The notes under the pieces: model-generated | The model's input: the letters and a program-made list of their open reading frames with translations, nothing else | Told to the model about the DNA's origin: nothing | Database searches by the model: none | Position numbers and translations under genes: made by a program | Shown: in pieces, positions 1 through 40,023 of the stretch | How positions within the stretch are numbered: the stretch's first letter is position 1 | Layout: every line of letters begins with the position of its first letter | Origin: Trichinella spiralis | Lineage: Eukaryota | DNA: 63,653 nucleotides | Direction: 5' to 3' | NCBI RefSeq assembly: GCF_000181795.1 | Contig: NW_003526941.1 | Location: 8,192,488 to 8,256,140 of the forward strand

Positions 1-420
1 AAGATGCAATGATGCGGGAAAATCTTTCAACCCCTGTTCAAACATAGACAATATGTCTGCTGTCGGAGTTTCCAATTCCAACTCATCGCCAATCCATTCT
101 AACCATACATTTGGTAAAAGAACAAAACGACGGCTCATTTCACGACGCGTTTCACGTAGTTCTATTAACTCTCCAGCGCATTTCAATGCTTGCACAAGAT
201 CGTTGTAAACTGAGAAACTTGTAGGATTATCAATTACCTAAAAAATATAGCAAAAGCAAATTAAATACACTATATAAATGTAAAAAAGAGAGAGAAAAAA
301 ACAAACCATCTGACGCAAGTTAGTGAGCTGCGCGTCAAGTTCATCATCTAAATGGGAATCAAAATCCATATCGTTAAGTTCTTCTCCAAGTTCTTCCATA
401 TCTTCAGCGCTTTGATTCAT
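1..420 (-). CDS. SART3: SART3/Prp24-like U4/U6 recycling factor, 5' part only (exon 420-307, next exon 237-<1; continues beyond the window)
   Basis: GT donor at 306 and TAG acceptor at 240-238. Spliced translation: acidic N-terminus MNQSAEDMEELGEELND..., then VIDNPTSFSVYNDLVQALKCAGELIELRETRREMSRRFVLLPNVWLEWIGDELELETPTADILSMFEQGLKDF. This matches the first HAT repeats of SART3 as I recall them (GELxxxRxxRxxMSxxFxLxxxxWLEWxxDE ... FExxxKD). Confidence 0.8.
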
Positions 421-1963
421 TATTCTATTTGTCTATAATGTAATTCATACTTCAAATGCATTACCATAAAAATATCCATTTACGTTTAAAAATCATTTCC
501 GAAATAACACATTATGCTTACTGCCTACTAATGACAAACTACTGCATAAAAAACAACATTACATACATTTTCACAAAAAAATTTTAAAATATGGTAATTT
601 ACGTTTCAGTACATTTACTATTTCCAAAAGTCAGCCAAATCTTAAAAAAACGCCCATAATACAGTACGCTTATTTATAATAGAAGTTTCAGGAAAACAAA
701 TTCAATCACATGAATATTAAAATTAATACAATTTTATATATTTCATAAATTCCAAGAAAGCTTCAACTTTATCAGTAATAATGTTAAAATGCTTCGCATA
801 AGCAAATGCAAAATGCTTACAGTATGCTATTTTAAAGTTTGCTCAAAAATGCATTCTTATTTTTTTAATCAAAAGCTGTAACTGCATTATTATTTGTGTC
901 TATACTTATTTTTTGTACCATGTATAATCGTCATTCATTTTATTTTTTTACTACTTTTAAAATATCAATGATAACAAGTTCGACGTTTTTTAATTAGAAA
1001 AAGTCGAATGTTCACATTTTAAAAATATAGTATATATATTTTTAGTCTTATTTTAATAAAAATTATCTCATTTTATACAAAAAAATATTTATAACTTTAT
1101 TAAACAATGATGAACTATTGTTGTTATTGTATTGTTAGGAATTGCACAAAAATGATTTTCAAGTACATTGTGATTATCCTGAGCCTTACAATTACTATTT
1201 AAACGCAGTTGTGACCTCTGCAGATTATTTTGCAGTTAGCATCAGTCGTGTTGTGGCGTGTTCGTTTCTTACCTTACTTGCAGAACGTGCGCTTGTTTTG
1301 GTAAGTTGATGCATCTTTGAAAATGTCTATTTTCATAATTTATAATTTTAAACTTCGAAATAATTTTAAGCTTATATTTTAGCATAAATATTGTATAAAT
1401 GAATTAAATTAATAAAATATAAACTATAAACGTTATTTCTTTTCTTTGTGTCATATTGTTTTGAGTTTCAGAAGTTTATGCAAATTTGGTTAATTATTTC
1501 CTAAACTTAATATGCCTAAATTTCATGTAATGACGGCAAAGTTTTCATATTGATCCATTTCCATTGCGTGTTTGGGTGATTTTTTGCAAAACTTATTAAT
1601 AGTTTCATAGATTTGAAATTCGATTTATAAAATAAGCGCACCAATCGTTATTCTTTTTGTCGAGTTATGCGCATGTGAGTGACATTTTTGTTAGCAAAGC
1701 TGCGTGGAATAATTCACTTGCCACGAAACACCATGGAAAAAGTGCAGTCTTGCATTTTATTTCAAATCAAGCTTAAGTCAAGCGTTTGCAGATTTGCAAA
1801 TAATTTTAAATTTCGAGAAACGATTCAATTCAGGTTTTGTTTAAAGTTCAGCTCAGTTTAAAACAGCTTTTAAACCAATCAGTCGATGATTTTTGTTTTG
1901 CAAAATAGCAATTTACTATCAGTTTATTTTATCGATATATATTTTATTTATTTATATTTTAAG

Positions 1964-2755
1964 ATGATGGTATTCAAGATGGGAAAATCATTTCTTCGAA
2001 CTTTGCCGTCTGTCCAACGTAGAACCTGTTGCAACGAGTTGGACAGAAAAAAACAACAATTTGGCAAAGTAACGCACGTTATTTTCGACATGGATGGACT
2101 GTTACTTGATACCGAAACAGTCCACGAACAATGCATTGGCGCCATCATGAAAAAATATGGAAAAGTGTTCGACTGGCAGTTAAGCTTGAGAATTTTGGGT
2201 GCTTCAGAAAAAGATGGCGCTGAAATATTGATCGATGAAGCACAACTGCCATTAACAGTAGAAGAATTTATAAAAGAGACGGCAGAGCTCGAAGTGGAGC
2301 AATTTTCCCAGTGCAATCTGATGCCCGGTGCAGAACGTCTGCTGAAACACCTGCACCATTGTAATATACCAATGGCATTGTGTACCAGTGAAAGAGAAGA
2401 ATATTATCTCTTGAAAACAAAGAACCATCAGCAGCTGTTCCGGTTATTGAATCACCGAGTCTGTGTGCCGAATAACCCGGAAATCAAGCGCGGAAAGCCA
2501 TATCCCGATTGTTATTTGGCTTGCGCTTCCAGATTTCCGAAACCGGCACTTCATCCAAGCCAAGTGCTCGTTTTCGAAGACTCTTTAAACGGCACAATGA
2601 GCGCTTTGAGAGCTGGAATGCAGGTGGTCATGGTTCCAGACTCGCGCATGGATGAAGACAAAAGGAGGCTGGCCACTTATTCACTGCAATCATTGGATCA
2701 GTTCAAACCTGAACTGTTTGGCCTGCCAGCCTTTCCTTCATCGTCCGGTGAATGA
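1964..2755 (+). CDS. PUDP: HAD-superfamily pseudouridine-5'-phosphatase (PUDP/HDHD1/GS1-like), paralogue 1, with N-terminal extension; intronless CDS
   Basis: HAD motifs VIFDMDGLLLDTE, CTS, GKPYPD and VFEDS, plus the family-typical end FKPELFGLP. ATG at 1964 directly follows a TTTTAAG acceptor, so the ORF-track start at 1886 is probably intronic. Confidence 0.88.
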   Translation: MMVFKMGKSFLRTLPSVQRRTCCNELDRKKQQFGKVTHVIFDMDGLLLDTETVHEQCIGAIMKKYGKVFDWQLSLRILGASEKDGAEILIDEAQLPLTVEEFIKETAELEVEQFSQCNLMPGAERLLKHLHHCNIPMALCTSEREEYYLLKTKNHQQLFRLLNHRVCVPNNPEIKRGKPYPDCYLACASRFPKPALHPSQVLVFEDSLNGTMSALRAGMQVVMVPDSRMDEDKRRLATYSLQSLDQFKPELFGLPAFPSSSGE

Positions 2756-3880
2756 AGCTATTATTCCTGTAATAATTGTTTGCATTGTCTCATTCATATA
2801 TGAAGAACAATAAGCTGATAGAAATCGCTTAACCTTATTTCTTTTTATCCCTTAGTTTTATTGTTGTTGTTACATATTCCATGATGCCATAAAAATTCCA
2901 CTGTTTTAGCAATATTGAAGTTTAATATGAAGTCTGAAATGAAAAAAAATAATAATGAAATAAAATGTTGATTGTTGTCGATTATTGCCAGTTTCAAAAG
3001 TTCTTACCATAACTTGAAAATACTTATTGCATACTGTGCAACGTTGCAAAGAACCAATGCGGGTGTGAAGGCGAAATTCAATTGTTGACATAACGATGAT
3101 AAAAAGAATAAATTCAGAAATGAACAAAATAAAAATTGGATAAGAACAATTTCGCAAGCTACAATGTCACATGATTAATTTATTTTAACATTAAAAATGT
3201 ATAAGTAAATTTATGCATTTTGCAAAGGAGCAATAGTGTAGCGATTGATGTTATTTGTTTATAAGCAAAAGCAAATGTTTTGCAGCATTGCCAACGGACG
3301 TGTATATATATATATATATATAATTATAAGAGGTAAATTAGAAATAGTACAGTGAATAAAAATGCTTCAGTGGTGTTGAAAGAGCAACTAAGTTTGCAAA
3401 GATTAAGGTAAATTTTACCAAATTAATTTTTACCTGTAAAGTTAGCTATTAAGTTAGAATTCAAGAAACAATTATCATACAGTTTCTTCATGCAAAAAGT
3501 CAAGATTTATGAATTCTATGTTCAACATTAAAAGGTCATAAGTATTATAAAACTTCCGCCAATGGCAAACGTTATCAAAGCATTAAAATTGTTAATCATT
3601 ATGTCAAATCTGAAATGATAGCCAATAAACAAACTGAGACGACATTTGTGAGATTAAATCAAGATGTTGATTGTTCAAAGGTTGCAGTGGAAAACAATCG
3701 CAGAAAGCGTCAGCTCACTGGTTGGTTTCTTGCAGTTGTCAAGGTCGCCTTTAACTGAACATAATAAACATTTCTAAATGTTCCAAATCTGCTCTTCTCT
3801 TATATGCTTATTCATTTGTGTTCATTGTTTCAATTTTAATTTAGATCTACCTTGATTGCGTTGTAAAAAGCAAAGTTGAA

Positions 3881-4582
3881 ATGAATGCAAATGCAAAATT
3901 CCCGCCTGTCACTCACGTTATTTTCGACTTGGACGGTTTGCTATTGGATACAGAAACAGTGCACGGAGAATGCATCAACGAAGTGATGAAAAGGTTTGGC
4001 AAAGAACTTACTTATGATATGGCTGCTTTAATCAGAGGTCGACCACAGAAAGACGGCTTTCAGTTTTTGGTTGAAGAAGCCAAATTACCAATATCTGCTG
4101 AGGAATTGATCAAACTGACTGACGAAAAGGAAAAAGGCCGATTTCCCGAAAGCAAATTGATGCCCGGCGTTGAACGACTGGTGAACCATTTGCACAAACA
4201 CAACATCCCTATAGCAGTTTGCACCAGCGAAAAGAGAGAATATTATAATCTGAAAATTTCCAGATATACAGAAATATTCAAGTTAATGCATCATGAAACT
4301 TGCATTGCTGACGAAAAGCAGATCACTCGTGGCAAACCACATCCTGACGGTTATCTGTTCTGTGCGAAGCTTTTCGATCCTCCACTACCTCAGGCAAATC
4401 AAATTCTTGTCTTTGAAGATTCAGTTAGTGGTGCTTCATCCGGCTTGGCTGCAGGGATGCAAGTCGTCCTTGTACCAGATGAATCCCTGGATAAATCCAA
4501 GTATCCCAAAGTGACGTGTTCACTCAAATCGCTGCTTGATTTTAAACCAGAATGCTTTGGTTTGCCACCGTATGATGATTGA
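3881..4582 (+). CDS. PUDP: HAD-superfamily pseudouridine-5'-phosphatase (PUDP/HDHD1/GS1-like), paralogue 2; intronless CDS
   Basis: VTHVIFDLDGLLLDTE, LMPGVERLV, GKPHPD, VFEDS, AAGMQVVLVPD, FKPECFGLPPY; collinear with paralogue 1. Confidence 0.9.
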   Translation: MNANAKFPPVTHVIFDLDGLLLDTETVHGECINEVMKRFGKELTYDMAALIRGRPQKDGFQFLVEEAKLPISAEELIKLTDEKEKGRFPESKLMPGVERLVNHLHKHNIPIAVCTSEKREYYNLKISRYTEIFKLMHHETCIADEKQITRGKPHPDGYLFCAKLFDPPLPQANQILVFEDSVSGASSGLAAGMQVVLVPDESLDKSKYPKVTCSLKSLLDFKPECFGLPPYDD

Positions 4583-5354
4583 ATTTAAGTAATGTTGAGA
4601 TTCAAATTCATTGTAAGATTTTACATATTACCAGGTTTTTATTTACTGGTTTCGAATCGCTACGGTATACTGAGAAAAATCTGTTATTTTTGTTATTTGT
4701 TAATATAGGATGAAATAGAGAAGTGTTTTGGAAAGTTTTCATTCCAGTTAGCAAGAGTGATTCAGTGATGTTAAAAATAAATTGATTTTCATGAAGTTTC
4801 TTAAACAGAGTGTCGCATTACAATTTGCGTAAATTGTGATTAAAATTCACGTCACATCGTTCAGTGTGATAAACTGATAGTAGCATAGCTAGAGCTGGAA
4901 CAGTTGGCCATATTTATTTTTATTTATATGCTAGTTCAGTTAAATTATGAACACCTGTTCAACTAATTGGTGAGTGTTGATTCAATATTTTTCAAATTGT
5001 TATGTAGTGAAAAAGTTTGTTATTTGCATTGATAAAGAGCAATGAAATTTTTTAAATAATTCCTTTTACATTTTACATCGTTGAAACAATATTTCAAATA
5101 AATGACAACTATCACACTGGACGACGGTGAAAAATGAAAATCATGTTTAACTTGCATACTGTATTAACAACTTTTTTTCATTCATATTTTCAACATCTTA
5201 ATAATTGTATAAATGTGTATAAAAGTGGAAATGGGGCATGAGAATGAAATTCAATAAAATTTAATTGTTATTGAAAACTGATAAACAAAAAAATCGACAT
5301 TGCTTCGCAATAAAACGTAGCCAGTCAACTAAACCACAGATGAAACAAGTTGAA

Positions 5355-15595
<10,241 letters not shown>

Positions 15596-18500
15596 TGTCC
15601 GAATGGGAATTTCCAATCACCGGGGTGGTAACAGATGGAACAACGGTAATTAATGAACAAATTTGTTGTGTGATCAGTGTTGGATCATAAGTGGAAAACT
15701 AGCAAAGCAGAGAATACGCAGCCAAAGTGTGTAGCTGAAGCCGCACCACGACTTTAACAATCATCTATCTACTTGATGCTATTTTCGTATTGCCTAGAAA
15801 ATGATAAACCGTTGAAGTGAAATTAAAAATTGAAATGATGAAAAAAAATGAAGAAGAAAAAAGAATTAGAAAGAAAGTTGATTAAGAAGGAAAATATATA
15901 ATAGAGGGAAGGATCGAGAGAGAAAGGGGAGAGAGAGAGAGCAAGAGGAGAGAGGTAGATACTATGTGTGTATGTGTGTGTATTTGATAAAAAGAAGCAG
16001 CGGTTAGGAGGAGTGTGACGCTGTTGATTGGCGCTCGATTCGCAAAAGAGAAAAGAAATAAGCTCAGCAGTGACGAGTTAGCCGGCCTGGTTGTGTGTGT
16101 AATAAGCAAGCGGTTGTGTTTGTGTGTGTGGAACTTGATTTCCAGAACTTGATCGTCAGAGAAACAAGCGGTGGCTGGTGGTGCGTCAACGTGTGTAGGA
16201 TTCGCAACAGCACTAGTGTAGTTTAGTTGCTTTCTCTTATTCATGGCAGAAAAAGGTCTCCTCTCTTTTTCTACACCAGCTAGATATTAGCTGCTTCCAT
16301 CTCTTCGATCTCACAGCTTCTTCTCTCCAATTATTCTTCGTTTTGTTTCTTCATAATCTCACAAATCTTCTCTTATCCCCTTTCCATTTGCATACTCATT
16401 GAAAAAAAAATATATATGAAAAAAAATCAACCGATGCATCTTGAAATTGTGACTACTCTGTTGTTGTACTGTGAATTTTTATTTTGTTGACAAGCAGAAA
16501 TGGATTTTGCATAATGCAATTTCAACTCCAATACAACTTGCATTCTTCGTTCACCACTTTAAGTTGGAAATGCTCTTAGCGCGTGAATTTGAAATTGAAT
16601 TTCACCCCCAAAAAAAGCATCACTTCTTGCAAAGAGTGTATTATATTAAATTGGAGAAAAATAGAAAATGCGGCGAGAATATTTCCGAATAATTAATTAA
16701 TCGTGCAGAATTATTTGTAATTTGAAAATTTCCACTGATGACTTGTTTTATTTTCGAGGCAGTGTTTTCATTTTGTTTCTATATTTATTCTTCGACAATT
16801 TTTCTCACGAGTCACTTGAATTTGATTTATTAGAAATGATTATTATTATTATACGTACGTATAAAATATATTTTTGCGCATATTTGTTTTCGTCAACATT
16901 CTTGTGTGTAAATTTTAAGTTAATATTTTCAGTGCATTGTTTGTCTACTGAATTACATTTTCCCACAGAGGGGGTGGTTTTATTGGATAGAGTAAAATTT
17001 GAATTTGCTTAAAAATGAAATATTTCTTCGGTTGCGGTTTTATTTTCAATTTAATTTGATTGTTCGACTTGGAAAATGAATACAGAAAAGAAAAATTCCG
17101 TATAAAAGTTGATTTTTGAATTAATTTTACTCTCAATGCACTTTTTTTCGATATAATTCAGTGCAAATTTTCTTGTAAATTTTTCTTTTCTTTGAAATCG
17201 TTAACCTGAATATCTTGAATTGATTTTTTTCCATCCATAACATTGAAAAATGTACCATTAGAATTGTCTTCTCATTCGCGAGTAATTGTGAAGTCAGTTG
17301 GATGGTAGATGTGAAAAGAGAAATAGAAATACTGTTCAAGATGCGGAAGACTTATTATTCTTCTTATTACTTTTATATTGCTGTTTGTTATTTATCATAA
17401 TTAGGGGTAAATATAGTTTTACTGACCAAGTTTTGATTTCATCGATTATTTTTCCACTTGTATCTTTGCCACAATTAATTATGGGATAGAATTTAAATAT
17501 GAGGATTTGTATTTTGTATTTTATGTATTAGCCTTATTTGAAGAAAATTAAAATTTGAATAGTATATTCCAGACGTAAATTATTGTTGAATATCTATTTG
17601 AGGCATTTGCAAGCAGAAAATGTAGTGAGTGCAAAATAATCAAACATTTTAACCACTAAATGGACGTAAAAAGATGGTGGAATTGTGTTTTGGTTGCACA
17701 TAGCTGTAGAGTTTTTTTATTCACGAGTGATAAGCACAGCGAATAGTAATTAATTACTCTTCAGTATTCATGCAGTTGAGAATTTGCAACTTGAAATGCA
17801 TCAAATTTTTCAGTAATGCTAATTATTGTTTTTCTAATTGGATATCAAAGATAACCATCCGGTTTTTTAAATGCCGGTAGATAGCTTTTGCTAGCTTAAA
17901 TGATACATATATACAGACTGTTATTCAGAAGAATAGCAGCGCTGCACACTCCCACGAACCAACACTGATCGAATTCCCGGTGAGGGGCCGCCGCTTAATA
18001 AACCCTGCTTCCGAGTGACGGCGGTGATTTGCTTACCCGGCGGGCATTGCAGATTAAGCATAGGGGCGTGTACACTGGCGGTTTATAATACGAAATTTAC
18101 ACGATATGCATATACAGACAACTAAGCGGCTACAACGAACAAGCGGGTAGAACTTGACTGAACTGGTTGAAACTTCTTCGGCTAGTTCTAGAATATGGCT
18201 ATCGTTAGCATAGCATTTCCATGCAGTGTAATTTAAAAATTTGAAACATTAAAAGCACTGGATTAATTAGTTAATTAATTAATTAATTAATGATTTTGTG
18301 AAAAAACAGAATTGCTGAATAGAAATTATAAAACATGCAAAATATACGATTGATTGTACATTTATTATTAGTATTATTATTATTATATGAAAGTTTGTGA
18401 AAATTATTGTTTCATCAACTTATTAGCATTTATTTATTTCAATTTTCTACATTTTCTTCTTCCTGTTGTTCGGGAAGTTTTGTTTAAAAAAATTCCAAAT

Positions 18501-21500
18501 ATTGCGGGCATAAGATTATTAAAATTTAAACTTCATTATGCGAAATACGTGGGTGAAATGCGCATTTATTAAATCTAATATGCCTGATTGCGTTGTTTAT
18601 TGATATTTAAGTGTTTGTTATTCATCCTTTTCGATTCAGTATTTCCGTTTTGAATTATAATTTTTGTAATATTAAAATGAAAGAATTTATTTACGAGTTT
18701 TAGTAAAGAATTTTTCTTTTTTGGAAAATATTAATGAGTAATATTTTATTTGCTTTTTTTAATGCTGCAATATCGAGAAGAAGAAAAAAAAGAACTAAAT
18801 TGTGAATGGGAAGAGTTTTTTGAGTTATTTGTGCTTTTTGAAATCTGTGCTTTGAATTTTTCTCGTTTTGTTTTGCAACAATGAGAAAAGAAGCATGTGA
18901 TTGTCTTGAAAGGTTTTTTTGAATACGTTATAAATTGAATTTGAAGAAAGTCCATATAAGACCAGACAGTTGGTTGACTTTTTGAAACATTTTTCTATTG
19001 ATTATGGTTTTCTGCACAAAGAACTTCAGCTTGCTTTACATGTTTCACTTGCACATATCGCGCGGCTTTTATTGCATTCGTTGCTTGTTGTTGATTTGAA
19101 AAAATTATTTTCAAATCAACCTTTTATTACAATTAATATATTTTTTTTTCTTCATTCAGGTATTTTGCAAATTTGTAACTTCTACATTGCAATTCTTATT
19201 TAACAGCTTATTCTGTAAGCATCTTTTTCGCATGCAAAATTTAACATTATTTTTGTTCATTGTCTTTCTGTACTCTTTCTTGTGTTTGATGATTTCTTTG
19301 CTTTCAAGCGGAACAGAGGCCAAAGTTGGGCAAATGTGATTTTTGCCATCTGATTAAATCATTTAATCAGCATATTCATGCAGGCATCTTTTTAAAAAGT
19401 CATTTCATCAAATTTGCTCAATCTATTCCGTCGATTCTACCAACTATAACCGTTGAGCTTGAAAAGTTAGCTTCAGCTTTTTTTTGATTTCTGGTGGTCG
19501 ATTGACCAAAGCTCTACTGATATCGGCTGAATTGAAAATAATTTTCAATATTCGATTTTCACTTTAACTTTTCTGTTTTGTTTATTTGTTTATTTGTATT
19601 TTTATTATTATTCTGTGTTTTATTCATTTTTTATTGAAATTCACTGTTGACTTGTTCATTATATTCAGGAAATTTGTTTTCATTAAACAGCTCAGGTTAA
19701 ATGGAAAAATTCCTTTTTGCAAAAATCAATCTATTGACTTATTTTTGTCGTCTTATTCGCACGCACTTATATGTTTATGCACATGTATCGTCTGCAGGGT
19801 ATGCTCTGGTAATATATAAACACAGAGGAAAGGTAAATTTCTTCATTTCATATATATGCATAATTTCTGTGAATTCACTTTTTCGCATATACGAATTATA
19901 AATTGCAATATAATAAGTCAGCTTTCAGTGTATCACTATTGCATAAACTATAACATCTCATATCATCTTAAATGCTTAAATAAAAAATCTTTTTCAAATT
20001 TATAATATCCAATATATTGCTACTACTGTTTTTTCTTTTACGTGAACTATTCACTCATTTTGTATTTATGAATTTTCTTTCTGAACTTTATCTTCTTTTT
20101 AACGATTTTAACATTCGCGTCATTTTTTAAAAGAATCTTCTAACAAATGAACACTAATGAACAACAAACTGTTCTTCTGATTGATCATTGATTTGTTTTC
20201 AAGTGAAATAAATATGCGAATATTATTATTATTATTTGAAAGGAATATTTTTCAGTATTGTTGAACAGTGAGTGAACTCGAAATTTAGCTGCTTATTCAT
20301 TGTTGGACAGACAATTGACATCAACAGCTAGTTGGCTTGAAAAATTTCACAATCATCTCAGATAGAATGCACAGAATGTGGAAGAACAACAATTGAATGA
20401 TTCTCTGACAATAGTTGAGAAGTAGTGAATTTTGGGAAAGAATTGATGTGCAAATTCAAATTAGCTTTTAGCTAGCTGTTTTTATAACTGCAAAGTGACT
20501 TGTGTGGCTTGTCCGACGGTAGCTGTTTTCATTTTAGCTCGCTAAACAACAATACAATGCTTGTTTGCTATTGATTCTACAACAAGAAGACAAGAATGGT
20601 TTTTTTTTCGAATCATATGAACTGTTTCGGTTATGTTCACGTCCAGCTTTTGAATTATGCACTTTCAAATTTTCCACAGTATATATACTATTCGCTGGTT
20701 TTTTTTTACTTGAGAAACTCCCATCAGTCAGTCAGTCAAGTTATGCATAAGCAGGTCGATAAGTGTCTCGGGCATCCCGTCTTTGGAAACGCATACAGCT
20801 TGTATTTCGAAATTTTCTTGGTCGATTGCACATCGGCGACTACTGGCATGCCTCTTTTCTCAGTTGCAATTGTTTTCGTAATTTATTCAGTGTTTCTTTC
20901 TTACTTTCAAATTGCGATTAGCAGTTCTTTAAACATATTTGTTTAAATTTCTTTAGCTTAAACTTGTCATTGTGTTGAATTTTATTGCAAAATGACAGCA
21001 TGCTTTAACTTTGGTTGATTGATCAGAGTTCAGTTTGCAAATGGTTCTTTCACTGGTAAACTGTGTGTGTATATATATATATCTATAATGTAAAGTGAAC
21101 TGGAAAGAGAAGTTACTGCGTGCACAGGCGAGCCGGATCTTTCTTCATTCAAGCTTGTTTAGCAGGCACAGAAAGAGAAAGAGAATGTCTGACGGCTGTG
21201 CTTGAAGTGAAAGCGGAAAATGAAAACCAAGCAAGACGTACACGTACGTGATGGCTAGAGAAAGAGAAATATGGGAAGAGTTTTTGCAAGCAACTAGAAA
21301 CAGAAACAAGAGCAATTGGGAGGTGAAGGAAAGAAAAAAGAGAATGCATGCATGGAAAGAAATAAAAAAAAAGAAATGCAATGATAATGAGTGGGCTAGT
21401 TGATTGTGAATATAAAAATGAGCGAGAAATGCAGAGAAAAGAGTGGTGAGAGAGGGGGAGGGGAGGTGGTGAGAGTGAGAGAGAGCGAGAGATGTTAGCG

Positions 21501-21826
21501 GGTGGAGAGACGCTGCTGCAGATAGAGTTCAGTTGGTTGTTGTGGAGCCGGCGTCGCTCTCGCGCGTCTGTTGACTAAGCGCTAGCTGATCGAGATCGAT
21601 CGATCGCTCGCTGCTGGACCCATTGATGAGGCGAATATTTTTTATATTTTCATTTAGGCGAACTTGATTATCACGTCCATCGTTACAGTATCTCTGTTGG
21701 CACCGTGAATCCCGCCCAGAGCAAGTAGTGCCGTCGCCGATAGCTGAGCCGCGCGTCGCTTCAATCCAGACCATGATCGTTCGACTCGTCCGTCGTCGGT
21801 GAACTGAAGTCATCTGACAAGAACGA

Positions 21827-40023
<18,197 letters not shown>

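Noticed and set aside
1886..1963. Hydrophobic N-terminal 26 aa of ORF 1886..2755 as a signal or TM segment
   Set aside because: It is a T-rich intron-like tract ending in a TTTTAAG acceptor; the real start is more likely 1964.
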